This document shows positions 48,906-59,371 of a stretch of 64,000 nt of DNA, piece by piece. Below the pieces are notes generated by a model. It ran no database searches. It had not been told where the DNA came from and worked only from the letters and a program-made list of their open reading frames with translations. A program made the position numbers and the translations under genes. The stretch's first letter is position 1, and the number at the start of each line of letters is the position of its first letter. This DNA comes from an uncultured virus (IMG/VR IMGVR_UViG_3300047386_000382) (Duplodnaviria > Heunggongvirae > Uroviricota > Caudoviricetes): the IMG/VR virus record IMGVR_UViG_3300047386_000382, one strand, 5' to 3'.

Positions 48906-49162
48906 AATATAACGACTACATCCTGCGCTTTAATTACATTGTATACTTTATTTTCAAGTTCAATGGAATGGCCGGCGTGCCTATCATAATAAATAGCATC
49001 GCCAGCCTTTATTCCAACTATATCGGCGCCCGCTGATATTACGCTTGCTTTTGCGTATCTTATATCTTCACGGGCATTTTCTGCAATTAGCAGACCGCCT
49101 TCTGTTTTTTGTGAACCTTGTTTTTCTTTTTCTACTATTAAGTAATACCCGATTGCTTTCAT
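48902..49162 (-). CDS. groS: Co-chaperonin GroES
   Basis: KTEGGLLI, IKAGD.IYY, VIKAQDVV; coupled to groL. Confidence 0.85.
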   Translation of the reverse strand: MKAIGYYLIVEKEKQGSQKTEGGLLIAENAREDIRYAKASVISAGADIVGIKAGDAIYYDRHAGHSIELENKVYNVIKAQDVVVIL

Positions 49163-50709
49163 AACTGTTCTACTCTAACGTTATTAATTACACAATCGGT
49201 TGATATGATTGTTGTGGCTACTGAAGCCGCGTTCCGAAGGGCGCTTTTAGTAACAAGTAGTGGGTCGATAATTCCAGACTTAATCATATTCACCATACCC
49301 CCTGTAACAACATTTAACCCTCTGCCTTTAATAGTAGGCTCTTCAAATTCTTCAATACCTGCATTACTAAGTATCGTATGAAAAGGCGCTTTGATTGACT
49401 TATAAAGTAGTTCTTCGCCTTTGCTGACAGTTTTTATTTTCTGTGCAGCATTTAAAAGAGCTATTCCACCACCTGGTACTATACCTTCTTTAATCGCGGC
49501 TTTTGTAGCACATATAGCGTCTTCAACTCTATCACGCTTTTCTTTTAACTCAACTTCTGAATTAGCACCGACTTTTACAACGGCAACTTTTGCAGATAGT
49601 CTTGCTAGCCTTTTTTCATACCTAACCTTTGCAGCTGGCATCATTGGCTTTTCAAGATCTTTTTGTATTGCTTTAATTTTTTCTTCAACCTCTTCTGACT
49701 TGCTTTTAATTTGCAAAACAGTTTCTTCTGTATTAGTAACTGCTTTAATGCAAGTACCCAGCATTTCGATATCTATGAGGTCCATATCGTCTCCGAGATC
49801 TTCATTAATAACCTTGGCTCCTGTAAGCATACAAAGGTCTTGCATTACTTCCTTACGCGTTATACCGTAGGTCGGTAAATCAATTACGTTGACCTTTATG
49901 TTGCCTTTCATTTTATTCATCGCAAGAGTATTCAGCACTTGAGGCTCAACGTCTGCAATTACTAATAATGATTTATTCTTTTTTATAACATGCTCCAAGA
50001 CTGATTGAATCCTACGTATATTTGGAATTGGTGATTCCGATATTAATATATAAGGGTTGTCAAGCTCTGCAGCATTTATATTTTCGTTTGTTATAAAGTG
50101 ATTAGATTTAAGAGGCTGATCATATTGCACACCATCTACAACTTCTATTGTTGTTTCAGGTTCGTCTGTGGTTTGCATGATAACCACACCTGTATTACCT
50201 ACATACTTAAAAGCATCACTTATAAGCTTACCAAGTTCTTTATCGTTGTTTGCAGATATAGTTGCCACTTGGTCAATCATATCACCGTCAACTGGTATTG
50301 CAATCTTTTCTAAGTATGCAATTACTTTTTCAACACCACTAGCAATTCCTTCTTTTAGTGTTCTTGAGCTATCTCGCTCTAATGCTTTGTATGCATTTTT
50401 AAGAATTGCATGTGCAAGTACAGTTGCGGTTGTTGTTCCATCACCGGCTTCTTGTACTGTTTTTCGAGCAGCATCTTTTAAAAGCGTTGCGCCCATATTT
50501 TCAACAGGGTCACGCAAAAATATATTGTTTGCCACTGTTACACCGTCTTTTGTGATTACCGGTCTACCTTTATCGTTTTCAAGTATTACGCTAAGACCGC
50601 TAGCCCCTAGTGTGGAGCTAACGGCTTTTGTTAGCTTTTCAATACCTTTGTAAACCTTAGAGCGAGCATCGCTTCCAAAGTTTAAATTCTTAACTATTGC
50701 GTCAGACAT
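49159..50709 (-). CDS. groL: Chaperonin GroEL
   Basis: ITKDGVTVA, AGDGTTTATVLA, GIVPGGG, GIIDP. Confidence 0.97.
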   Translation of the reverse strand: MSDAIVKNLNFGSDARSKVYKGIEKLTKAVSSTLGASGLSVILENDKGRPVITKDGVTVANNIFLRDPVENMGATLLKDAARKTVQEAGDGTTTATVLAHAILKNAYKALERDSSRTLKEGIASGVEKVIAYLEKIAIPVDGDMIDQVATISANNDKELGKLISDAFKYVGNTGVVIMQTTDEPETTIEVVDGVQYDQPLKSNHFITNENINAAELDNPYILISESPIPNIRRIQSVLEHVIKKNKSLLVIADVEPQVLNTLAMNKMKGNIKVNVIDLPTYGITRKEVMQDLCMLTGAKVINEDLGDDMDLIDIEMLGTCIKAVTNTEETVLQIKSKSEEVEEKIKAIQKDLEKPMMPAAKVRYEKRLARLSAKVAVVKVGANSEVELKEKRDRVEDAICATKAAIKEGIVPGGGIALLNAAQKIKTVSKGEELLYKSIKAPFHTILSNAGIEEFEEPTIKGRGLNVVTGGMVNMIKSGIIDPLLVTKSALRNAASVATTIISTDCVINNVRVEQL

Positions 50710-50743
50710 ATTAAATTAAATTAAATTAGATTAGACAAATGTC

Positions 50744-51037
50744 TTATTCGAAAGTTTTTACAACTACAGGCCCTTTTGCAAAATCGAGTTTTTTTGTATA
50801 GTGCTCTACTGAAGCGTCAATCGCTGCTTCTGCACCACCAATAGTTTCTCTTCGCGTTACGTCGACCCAATCGTTATCTTTATTTGGATTAAGGTATTCG
50901 GTTTGAAAATATCCATTTGGTAGTTGTACAATTCGCCAATTCTTTTTATCAACTAAATGATTTAAAAATTGAACTTCTTCTTCGGTTATTTTTGGAGATG
51001 ATGTTCCCCAAGAATAGGTTCTATAATACAGTGTCAT
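50744..51037 (-). CDS. Hypothetical protein (NWRIVQLPNGYFQTE)
   Basis: ORF. Confidence 0.7.
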   Translation of the reverse strand: MTLYYRTYSWGTSSPKITEEEVQFLNHLVDKKNWRIVQLPNGYFQTEYLNPNKDNDWVDVTRRETIGGAEAAIDASVEHYTKKLDFAKGPVVVKTFE

Positions 51038-51117
51038 AGGTTTTGGTTTTAATTAATTATTGGTTTACTCTATCCCGAGTAGGGTATATGTTATATATTA
51101 CTGGTTTTTACTGATTT

Positions 51118-51456
51118 TTACCAAGGTACATCCTTAGCAACTGATGTAGGAGTGATAAGTTCTACAATCTGGGCGTCTAGATTAGCTTTTAATGCGTCAA
51201 TATCCAAATCACTAGCTTCTAACCAACCTACAACATCTGACTGCGTAAGACTATCAAAAGCAATATAGCTATTAGGATCTGGCGCACCAACAACCTGAGT
51301 GCCAATTGATGTTGCTGAATATGCCTCGCCTTCTGGATCTGTTTGATCTGAAGTAGCGGTATAACTCCAATGCACATTATAAACCACATTAGAAAGGCTT
51401 TCTTCAGCCGGATGTACATCAAGTTTATTTATTGTCCAAGTGTATGTATTTGCCAT
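51118..51456 (-). CDS. Fibre-associated small protein (likely start MANTYTW)
   Basis: Directly follows the fibre gene; ends in PW. Confidence 0.65.
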   Translation of the reverse strand: MANTYTWTINKLDVHPAEESLSNVVYNVHWSYTATSDQTDPEGEAYSATSIGTQVVGAPDPNSYIAFDSLTQSDVVGWLEASDLDIDALKANLDAQIVELITPTSVAKDVPW

Positions 51457-51473
51457 TTTTTTATTATTATTTA

Positions 51474-54400
51474 TTACCAATTATTTTGTACTATATTAAC
51501 CCAAGCATAGGTGGTTGCGCCGGTTTGCATGCACATATCTACATAGCTATTGTTTCCAGACGTATAATATTTTAATGTTCCAACATTTGAAGCAGAGGCA
51601 GTGCTGCTATCGTCAGCCATTCTAATACCGCCGTTGACGTCTAATTTACTTACCGGCGAAGCCGTTCCGATACCGACCTTGCCCGCGTTTGTTACGCATA
51701 GGTGATTATTCCCAGTATTACTTCCAACCCTTAAACCGTAATAACTGTTGCTAGTTCCATTTACATCAATTAAAACTCCAGAAACGTTTGAATAACTTTG
51801 ACCACTTGAACCATTTACTACGTCTAATTTACCTATCGGCGAAGTTGTTCCGACGCCAAGGTTACCACCGTTAAAATATGAATTACCGTTTGCCCGAATG
51901 ACGGCTTTTAATGTGTTTGTATTATCATAAACACCAAAACGGTATAAATCACGGTCAAAAACAAACCGATTTGAAGTTCCGTCTGCCGCCCTTGTGATGA
52001 ACAAATTTGATGATGTCCCGGTTGTTGAATCTCCGCTTGAAATTCTCCAAGAACCGCCAGCGGTTGAAAAAGCTAAACCCGCATATCTTGATGTACTGTT
52101 TGAATCATTTATATTTATAACTGGATTGTCACCTCTAACGTGTAAATTTGAAGTTGGCAAAGTTGTTCCAATACCGACATTTCCGCTTGAATCAATTCGC
52201 ATTCGTTCAATTGTAGAATTGTTTGTGGCTGTATGAAAAGTTAAATTATTATTAATAGAATTCGAACCTTCCCTATTAGACGCAATCATTGCTTCTGCAG
52301 CAAACATTGGGTTAAATTTAATAGAAACACCTTCGTTTGCACCAGAACCCGTATTTTCTAAATAAATTAAATTAGCTGTTGACGCCGAAGATGATTCTGA
52401 TATGTGTAATTTTCCAGTTGGCGAAGTCGTTCCGATGCCGAAGTTTCCAGCGTTGGTTAACGTCATTTTGTCAGAATTATTTATTCTGAACCCTATGGAT
52501 TGCGTTGAACTAGCATTTAAAAAAGTTTGGCCACTACTTGATTGTAGTAAAGCATAGGCGGTTGTTCCTAAACCTCTGTGCGCAAATCCAGCGTACCCGC
52601 TTAGTCCTATGTTGCCAACAACCGCCTTTCCAATTTCAGCAGAAACGTTATCACCGGGACTAACAGAAAGTTTTTCACCCGGCGAAGTCGTTCCAATCCC
52701 GACGTTGCCTGAAGAACCGTCAACTTTCATGATTGAAGTTCCTTTTCCGTCAAAAATTTCAACATCTCTGAACTTTGTTTGCCCACCTTGATACCCAAAT
52801 CTGTTTAATCTTATAGCGCCGTCATTTCCAGTATATTCGTCGTTTGCATAAATTTCTTGTCCAGTTATGACAATACTTCCAGCGCCCGTTTTAAAAGTTG
52901 AAGATTTTGTTGTTCCTGAAACATGCAATTTTTCTTCAGGCGAAGTCGTTCCAATTCCAACATTGCCGGAAGAATCGATGCGTAAGCGTTCAGCATTGTT
53001 CGTGTAAATACCCATGTGGTCTGTCGTGTGTTCATACTGAACCCGACCCATGTTTACATCATCAGGGTCACCAAAATGAACGCCAGATATACCCGTTGTG
53101 GACGTGCTAGATATTTGCACTTTTGTAGTGCTTGCGCCAGTAACATGCAGTTGTTCGCTAGGATTAACAGTACCAATTCCAACTCTGCCTTCCTTGGTGA
53201 TAGTCATTCTTTGTTGTGGATTTATGCTATCACTTACCAATGTTGTCCAAAATCCCAATTGACTATCACCGCCCGACCCCGCAACTCTTGTTCCAGTTAT
53301 TTTTGCATTATAGGCGCTTGTTGTTCCAGCGGTTGCAGATGTTCCAAATATTATTGAACCGCCGCCGCCGTTTGTATTTGCGCCGTCAACATCTAAAAAT
53401 ATGTTTGATGTTGGACTTGACGACATTGAAGTTGAAATTTGAAATTTTGTGCTTGGATTTGTCGTGCCAATACCGATGTTGCCTGAAGAATCTATTAAAA
53501 GTCTGCTATTGTTATTAGTGTTAAGAGATAAATTATTAGTATCAGATGTTCCGACGTTAAATCCTTTGCCATTTGAAAGTATGCTATGGCTTCCAGAAGT
53601 CATAGTTGTAGTAATAGCAAAAGTTCCTCTTGTAGTTTTTATTATGTCCCCATCGCCACTTACATCAAGTTTAGCACCCGGCGAAGTCGTGCCAATACCG
53701 ACGTTGCCGTTTAAATCTAAAGCAAACGCATCAGCATCGGTTGACGGTCCCATTAAAAAAGTGCCACCAGCGTTTTTGAACATTCTATGCGAGATAGAAT
53801 TTGAACTGGTCAATGCAATACCGTCATTTGAAGTATCACCGCCTTGTCGTACTATTAATGTACCTCCCGACGTAGCCACCCCAGTTCCCCCATTTACTTC
53901 CAATTTACCAGCCGGCGAAGTCGTTCCGATTCCAACGTCTGTGCCATCATCATAAATAACAGAATCTGTTAGTGTATTTGGATCAGACCACTTTGATACA
54001 TAATTAGCAGTACCGGATCCGTCGACCACTCCTCCGTCTGTTTCGATTACATTACCATTAGAATCAACTGCTAAGTTTTTAGTTGCAGTCCCGGTTACAT
54101 TGCCTTGCCCATATGAAGGTAATCTAAGTGTGCCTTCTAAATAGTTTTTATCAATATCATGCAAATAAAGACCCCAGTTATTAGTAATGGCTGCTCCTCC
54201 AGCTATTTGTGAACTTCCTCTAATTAAATAGCTATTAGTAGTAGTACCACCGTTTATATCGGAAATTATTTCAACACCTTTAATATTTTCTATATTTGAT
54301 GCTACCTCGTTTTCAGCATACACACCAACCGACTGAGGTACCTGACTATCATTACCTGATTCAACTTGAGATACAAAATAACCACCTACAATTCTTGTTG

Positions 54401-56633
54401 AAATTGTATCATCAAATGAATTATCAATAGTTGTTCTGCCGTATACAGCATAAGCATTGTTGACTGTGTGAGTAGCATCCTCAATATAAGTAATTGCTTC
54501 AACCCCATACATATTGCCTACTTGCCCAGCTTGAGCTGAACTGTACGCTTGAAAATAACCGGCAGTTATACTGGTCATGTTGTCGCCTGTTCCTGTTCTT
54601 ATATTTTTAGCGGAGGAAAAAACACCATATACATGGTTCGCGTCACCAATTGTTTTATTTGTAACATCAACGTTGATACCTTTTAATGTAAGCTCTTGTG
54701 ATTGGTTACCTCCTGTGGCGGTAGAATCCATATCAACATTTACACCTGTTACAGTCCTATCTCCTGTAAGAGCAGTTGCACCAGTTAAATCAGCATCTAC
54801 TGTAAAAGTATTGTAGTTATCATTATCTGCGGTGTCCCATCTTGAATTTACAGTAAATTTAGCACTGCTTGCAACACCTGTTCCGCCAAAGTTCATGTGG
54901 TTATCTGAGTACGTGCGAGTAAGCTGATTTTCAATTTTTAGCACGTCCCTACTATTCGTATTATTACTAGGCCCTAAGGTTATTCTTCTTTTTCCAGGTG
55001 TTGATGCAGGTGTAGAAATTGCTAAATACGCTTGGTTATTACTAGCTGCACTAGTTTTGAAACCAATTTGAGATTTTTCGCCAGTGCTTTCAAATTGTGC
55101 AATTTGATTTACATCGTCTTTTACATGGAGCCTAAAACTAGGGTTTGTTCCAATACCTACATCCCCCGAAGAATTTTCAATAATCATTCTTTGTATTCCG
55201 CTACCACTTGCGGACCCATCAGTAAAAAAGGCTATGTCGCCGTCTGATTTTAAACTTGTTTGAGTGTTAAGGCTAGTAATACGGGTAGCAAAAGATGTGT
55301 TTGAATTTGCAATCCTTATTCCTGATGTGCCACTAGTTTCAAAATTAGCCACATCACCACTTCCTGTGTTTTGCACGTCAAGTTTATACCCCGGCGCACC
55401 TGTTCCAATCCCAACGTTGCCGGAAGAATTGATTCGCATTCTACGTGTTTGGCTATCCATTCCGCTACCGACAGATTCTGCATTGAAATCTATACCGCCG
55501 TAACCCGCCAAAACAAGTCTGTTGTTTGTATCTCTAAAAGCGCCGACGTTATGATTACTAAATTGAAGTTCCTGACCAACGGCATTCAAACGTATTTCAC
55601 CATTCACATCAAGTTTCACGCCCGGCGAACTTGTTCCTATTCCTAACCTTCCGTTTGCTTCGTCTACAAATAATGTTTGTGATTCAATTGTATTACCTGT
55701 AGATCCAACCCATAGTCTTCCAGGTGTTAGGTTAGGTATATCGTTTGTTCTAAGTATGGACGATACGACTAAGTTCCCATCGTTAGATGTACTGACTCTA
55801 CCGACCTTACCTATGTTTTGTATAAAGTTCCCGTATACAGGTTTTGTTATGGTAAGCGCTGCGCCAGATGTACCGCTTGGCTTTACATATATAATATCGT
55901 TTTCCGTGGGGTTTACACCATCAATTGGATCTGTAATAAGATTCCTAAGTTTGCCTGTGACTACAGCAAAACCTTCTGCGTTGTTAGCTAGGTCTTGTTT
56001 CAATAGCCCAACAGCTGGCATTTTAAGTGTATTAGATGCGTCAGCTAATTGTACCTCTAGCTTACCTGAAGCACCTACTGAACCTGATATATATACGGGG
56101 TCACCTTTTACAAGTGCTGAACCTTGCGTGTTTTTAACAGGCACCTCTACAACTTCCGCACCTCCTACGTGCAGATCAGCTAAATCAGTAAACGTAAGTT
56201 CTCCAACTGCATTCGATAATAGCACTTGGTCAACTACGCCTAACGTATCAGTTGTATCTTTTACAGGTCCGTTTAAATATAATGTACCTGTTTGCGTTAT
56301 TAAGTCAGTGCTTGCATTACCTAATGTAACATTCCCGTTTAACGTGCTAGCTCCCGTAACCGTAATACTTGTATCAAAAGTTGCAGCTGCATCTACATTT
56401 AATTGGCCTGCTACTGTTAATATTGTAGCTTCGGCGTTTTGTGATAATATAGAATCAGCCAGCACAGCACCGCCTGTGCCAAACATTGTGATGGTATTCT
56501 CTGTACCGTTTATAAAGTCATCAAATAGGTTATCAACTGTAATATGTATGTTTTGGTTACCGTCGTACCCAACTAAATACATGCCTGACGTGTGGTCGGT
56601 TCTTTCGTTAAACTGTGAAAACTTTATTGCCAT
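51474..56633 (-). CDS. Long modular fibre protein with 13 G[N/D/R/K]xG[I/V]GT..P repeats
   Basis: Repeated GNVGIGTTSP junctions; G/S/T/N-rich. Confidence 0.9.
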   Translation of the reverse strand: MAIKFSQFNERTDHTSGMYLVGYDGNQNIHITVDNLFDDFINGTENTITMFGTGGAVLADSILSQNAEATILTVAGQLNVDAAATFDTSITVTGASTLNGNVTLGNASTDLITQTGTLYLNGPVKDTTDTLGVVDQVLLSNAVGELTFTDLADLHVGGAEVVEVPVKNTQGSALVKGDPVYISGSVGASGKLEVQLADASNTLKMPAVGLLKQDLANNAEGFAVVTGKLRNLITDPIDGVNPTENDIIYVKPSGTSGAALTITKPVYGNFIQNIGKVGRVSTSNDGNLVVSSILRTNDIPNLTPGRLWVGSTGNTIESQTLFVDEANGRLGIGTSSPGVKLDVNGEIRLNAVGQELQFSNHNVGAFRDTNNRLVLAGYGGIDFNAESVGSGMDSQTRRMRINSSGNVGIGTGAPGYKLDVQNTGSGDVANFETSGTSGIRIANSNTSFATRITSLNTQTSLKSDGDIAFFTDGSASGSGIQRMIIENSSGDVGIGTNPSFRLHVKDDVNQIAQFESTGEKSQIGFKTSAASNNQAYLAISTPASTPGKRRITLGPSNNTNSRDVLKIENQLTRTYSDNHMNFGGTGVASSAKFTVNSRWDTADNDNYNTFTVDADLTGATALTGDRTVTGVNVDMDSTATGGNQSQELTLKGINVDVTNKTIGDANHVYGVFSSAKNIRTGTGDNMTSITAGYFQAYSSAQAGQVGNMYGVEAITYIEDATHTVNNAYAVYGRTTIDNSFDDTISTRIVGGYFVSQVESGNDSQVPQSVGVYAENEVASNIENIKGVEIISDINGGTTTNSYLIRGSSQIAGGAAITNNWGLYLHDIDKNYLEGTLRLPSYGQGNVTGTATKNLAVDSNGNVIETDGGVVDGSGTANYVSKWSDPNTLTDSVIYDDGTDVGIGTTSPAGKLEVNGGTGVATSGGTLIVRQGGDTSNDGIALTSSNSISHRMFKNAGGTFLMGPSTDADAFALDLNGNVGIGTTSPGAKLDVSGDGDIIKTTRGTFAITTTMTSGSHSILSNGKGFNVGTSDTNNLSLNTNNNSRLLIDSSGNIGIGTTNPSTKFQISTSMSSSPTSNIFLDVDGANTNGGGGSIIFGTSATAGTTSAYNAKITGTRVAGSGGDSQLGFWTTLVSDSINPQQRMTITKEGRVGIGTVNPSEQLHVTGASTTKVQISSTSTTGISGVHFGDPDDVNMGRVQYEHTTDHMGIYTNNAERLRIDSSGNVGIGTTSPEEKLHVSGTTKSSTFKTGAGSIVITGQEIYANDEYTGNDGAIRLNRFGYQGGQTKFRDVEIFDGKGTSIMKVDGSSGNVGIGTTSPGEKLSVSPGDNVSAEIGKAVVGNIGLSGYAGFAHRGLGTTAYALLQSSSGQTFLNASSTQSIGFRINNSDKMTLTNAGNFGIGTTSPTGKLHISESSSASTANLIYLENTGSGANEGVSIKFNPMFAAEAMIASNREGSNSINNNLTFHTATNNSTIERMRIDSSGNVGIGTTLPTSNLHVRGDNPVININDSNSTSRYAGLAFSTAGGSWRISSGDSTTGTSSNLFITRAADGTSNRFVFDRDLYRFGVYDNTNTLKAVIRANGNSYFNGGNLGVGTTSPIGKLDVVNGSSGQSYSNVSGVLIDVNGTSNSYYGLRVGSNTGNNHLCVTNAGKVGIGTASPVSKLDVNGGIRMADDSSTASASNVGTLKYYTSGNNSYVDMCMQTGATTYAWVNIVQNNW

Positions 56634-56845
56634 TATTGTCTATTTGTATAATGCAGGTAATCATTGTACCCTTCTGTTATCATTGTTGGATAGCGGTCGC
56701 CCGGAGGCCACGACCCTTCTTCTGCTATAATCTCAATTGGCGGATCTGCTGTGCCAATTTCGGTAATCATTTCAAGGGAGTTCATACTACCATGATCATA
56801 AAGATCTTGGTCAATAATTAAGCCCATTTGATTGTGAATAGCCAT
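56633..56845 (-). CDS. Small hypothetical structural protein
   Basis: Coupled ORF. Confidence 0.55.
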   Translation of the reverse strand: MAIHNQMGLIIDQDLYDHGSMNSLEMITEIGTADPPIEIIAEEGSWPPGDRYPTMITEGYNDYLHYTNRQ

Positions 56846-56846
56846 A

Positions 56847-57101
56847 CTATCTTAAATATCCTTTAACCGGCATAGCTACTAAGTTTGTAGCTGTTGTGCC
56901 TGTAGCAAAAACCCTTCTTACTTGCACCGGCACAAATTGTCCGTTATTTAAATTGTAAAATGTAATATCCGTTCCTGCTCTAGTTGTTACCTTAACGTGA
57001 CCCCCAACTCCTACATACAGTACACTCACATTAGGAAGGTCTGAACTATCGTTTGGAGTTACAGCTACAGCATCAGTCGCTTGTATCAGTGCTTGACTCA
57101 T
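56847..57101 (-). CDS. Head-spike base-like protein (RcGTA Rcc01079-like)
   Basis: AVTP.D..L...LYVG.GG.V.V...G..VPVQV.RV.ATGTTAT. Confidence 0.65.
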   Translation of the reverse strand: MSQALIQATDAVAVTPNDSSDLPNVSVLYVGVGGHVKVTTRAGTDITFYNLNNGQFVPVQVRRVFATGTTATNLVAMPVKGYLR

Positions 57102-57936
57102 CTTGTGTTTGTATTTTTGATTCTAATTGTTCTATACGCGCTGTAAGCGCGTCGATTTTATTTTTTTGGTCTTCAATATTTGTAACTCTACCTAGCTGAT
57201 CAACAGTTACACTTGCAAAATCATATCTACCTGCTTTTAAAAATGGTACTTTTGCAGGGCGAATAGATACTTCGCTACCGTCTTGTGATATACTAGTAAG
57301 TATTGCTGTTTCATCAAGCGATATTACTTTATTAACAGTCCCACCGACTTTTCCAAGATACTCAACTGTTAAGTCGGATCCAACCATTTTGGTTGTAATA
57401 CCATTACCACCTTTAATATTTATTGTGCCCTCTGTGGTAATAGCGAAAGCTGTTCCTAAATCATCTGCAATACTTACACTTGTTACAGTGCCTTCATTGC
57501 TTGTGTACGGTAATTTAGCAATATCAAGCTTATTAGCTGTACCACTAATCTTATTTTGTACTAAAAATTGTACATCATTAACGCTTGACTTATATTCTTT
57601 AGCAGCGTCTACAATATTATTGGCACCTTCGTATTTTAAACTAAGTACTGCGTTTCTATCTGTAACAGCGCTTTTAACAGGGCCTGATCCAAATACATTT
57701 AATATTGCATCTTCAATACTAGGGCCGTCAATTGTAAGAGTATTGTTGCTCCAGCCAAGCGTATATCCATTGTTAATATTATTAACAGCAAAGTTATCTA
57801 GAGTATTGATTGCATCTTTAGTAAGCGTAATAACGCTGGACATAGTTATTTTTTTGGTCGTACCTTTTTGAGTAGCGCCAATAAAATAATCTCCTGTTCC
57901 AACAGTACCAGAAGGGTAATCACCTAGCTTTGCCAT
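57073..57936 (-). CDS. Fibre-like structural protein
   Basis: GTVTSV, VTVDQLGRVT, C-terminal coiled coil. Confidence 0.65.
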   Translation of the reverse strand: MAKLGDYPSGTVGTGDYFIGATQKGTTKKITMSSVITLTKDAINTLDNFAVNNINNGYTLGWSNNTLTIDGPSIEDAILNVFGSGPVKSAVTDRNAVLSLKYEGANNIVDAAKEYKSSVNDVQFLVQNKISGTANKLDIAKLPYTSNEGTVTSVSIADDLGTAFAITTEGTINIKGGNGITTKMVGSDLTVEYLGKVGGTVNKVISLDETAILTSISQDGSEVSIRPAKVPFLKAGRYDFASVTVDQLGRVTNIEDQKNKIDALTARIEQLESKIQTQDESSTDTSD

Positions 57937-57946
57937 ATGTTATGTT

Positions 57947-58213
57947 TTATTCAGTCGGTTCTTCTTCCGCTGGTGGTTTTTGACTTTCAAGCCAAGCATT
58001 ATATTCCGATATCAGCTCATCTGTCCAAACGCCAGTTGCGTAAGGCTGTAATTCTTCTGGTAATGTTTCGCCAGGCTGGTAACTGTCTCGGCTGTAACTT
58101 TGAGCAATAATCTCTTCGCCGTCTTTAACTTCTACCAAATGCCTTACTTGTAGTGTTTTCCATTTTCCAGAAAACTCCACTTTGTTAATTGATGTTGTTT
58201 TATTTAAAGCCAT
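57947..58213 (-). CDS. Fibre-associated small protein
   Basis: MALNK...LQVR...VWT pattern; follows a fibre gene. Confidence 0.6.
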   Translation of the reverse strand: MALNKTTSINKVEFSGKWKTLQVRHLVEVKDGEEIIAQSYSRDSYQPGETLPEELQPYATGVWTDELISEYNAWLESQKPPAEEEPTE

Positions 58214-58224
58214 TTTGTTATTTA

Positions 58225-59367
58225 TTAATTATCTGTAAAATACGTAAATTGTCCGAACATAGCCATATTACCACCAGGTGGCGCTGTTGGTAAATAATTT
58301 GTTTTCATTGAGCCTATAGACCAGTCAGACCAGTAACTACTATACTCAGTATATTCTAACTTAATAAGACTAGCTTGATTACTCGCGTGTGGGGTTAGTC
58401 TTGTTGCGCCCCCAAAATTCTGTGGGTTTTCACTAGAGTTATTTCTGTTATACCAGCTAAAACTTATGTTACCACCCCCACCGTGAGCCATTGTAAAAGG
58501 CAAATTTGTTAACCACAACTCTCCAGTATATGTTGCAATTGCAGTAGGTATGCCTTTGTATTGTAAGTCAAAAAATAATGTTACTTTGCGACCTACTTTA
58601 ATGTATTGACTGTTGTCTGTCCAAACTATACCACCACCAGAAACCCAGTTTGACGAGCCGTAATTAGTACTACCAGCTCTAAACTGCACATTGTAGCTAC
58701 CCTCTTCGTAGTCGTCAAATTCGTTTGCAGATGCAGTTCCACCTAATCTTATGCCGTTTGTTGACTGTATTGCATAAGTAAATACTGTGGGAGTTTTTAG
58801 ATATGTAAATGAAGAACTCCCACTACCGTCCAACGGTGTGTTTTTCATCTCAATATGTTCTACGTCTCCAGTCTTAATAATTAGCTTGCCTCTTTTTGTG
58901 TTATTACCAAAACCACTATTTTCGTACAATTCAAGTGATGCCTCGTATCCAGAGGCATTTGGATAAGTATCGGCTTTGAACATTCTTATTTTTGACATAG
59001 GATCACTACTGCCTCCAGACCAACTGGTACTATTGTTTTGAATTTCTAAATTGTTAGCTGAATATGTATTGGTAATACTAGACAAAGAGCCGACTGTAGT
59101 GTCTGCATAGCTTGTTGAGCTTGATGAGTTTTTTCTAATAGCAAAGTCTTGGTTATCGTCTGACGTTAAATAGACTGGATAACTTGACATTACGTCCCTA
59201 GCTTGCATTTTTATCATAGCCTTCCCATTACTAGTGTCGGTATCTATAACACTAAGCATCGCATCACTTTTGCTAATAGTCAAGTTGCCTGTCATTGTAC
59301 CGCCAGTCTTGGCTACGTTGCCAGATGCTGTTCCTTCAAAGGTATCTGCTGTATATTTTTTTCCCAT
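58225..59367 (-). CDS. Tail fibre/receptor-binding protein
   Basis: KTGGTMTGNL; ANEFDDYEEG...YIKVGRKVT...NLPF C-terminal domain. Confidence 0.75.
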   Translation of the reverse strand: MGKKYTADTFEGTASGNVAKTGGTMTGNLTISKSDAMLSVIDTDTSNGKAMIKMQARDVMSSYPVYLTSDDNQDFAIRKNSSSSTSYADTTVGSLSSITNTYSANNLEIQNNSTSWSGGSSDPMSKIRMFKADTYPNASGYEASLELYENSGFGNNTKRGKLIIKTGDVEHIEMKNTPLDGSGSSSFTYLKTPTVFTYAIQSTNGIRLGGTASANEFDDYEEGSYNVQFRAGSTNYGSSNWVSGGGIVWTDNSQYIKVGRKVTLFFDLQYKGIPTAIATYTGELWLTNLPFTMAHGGGGNISFSWYNRNNSSENPQNFGGATRLTPHASNQASLIKLEYTEYSSYWSDWSIGSMKTNYLPTAPPGGNMAMFGQFTYFTDN

Positions 59368-59371
59368 TGTA

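Noticed and set aside
55756..56730. 324-aa + strand ORF, and similar antisense ORFs over structural genes
   Set aside because: In-register antisense shadows of G/T/S/N-rich genes, opposite to the module's orientation.
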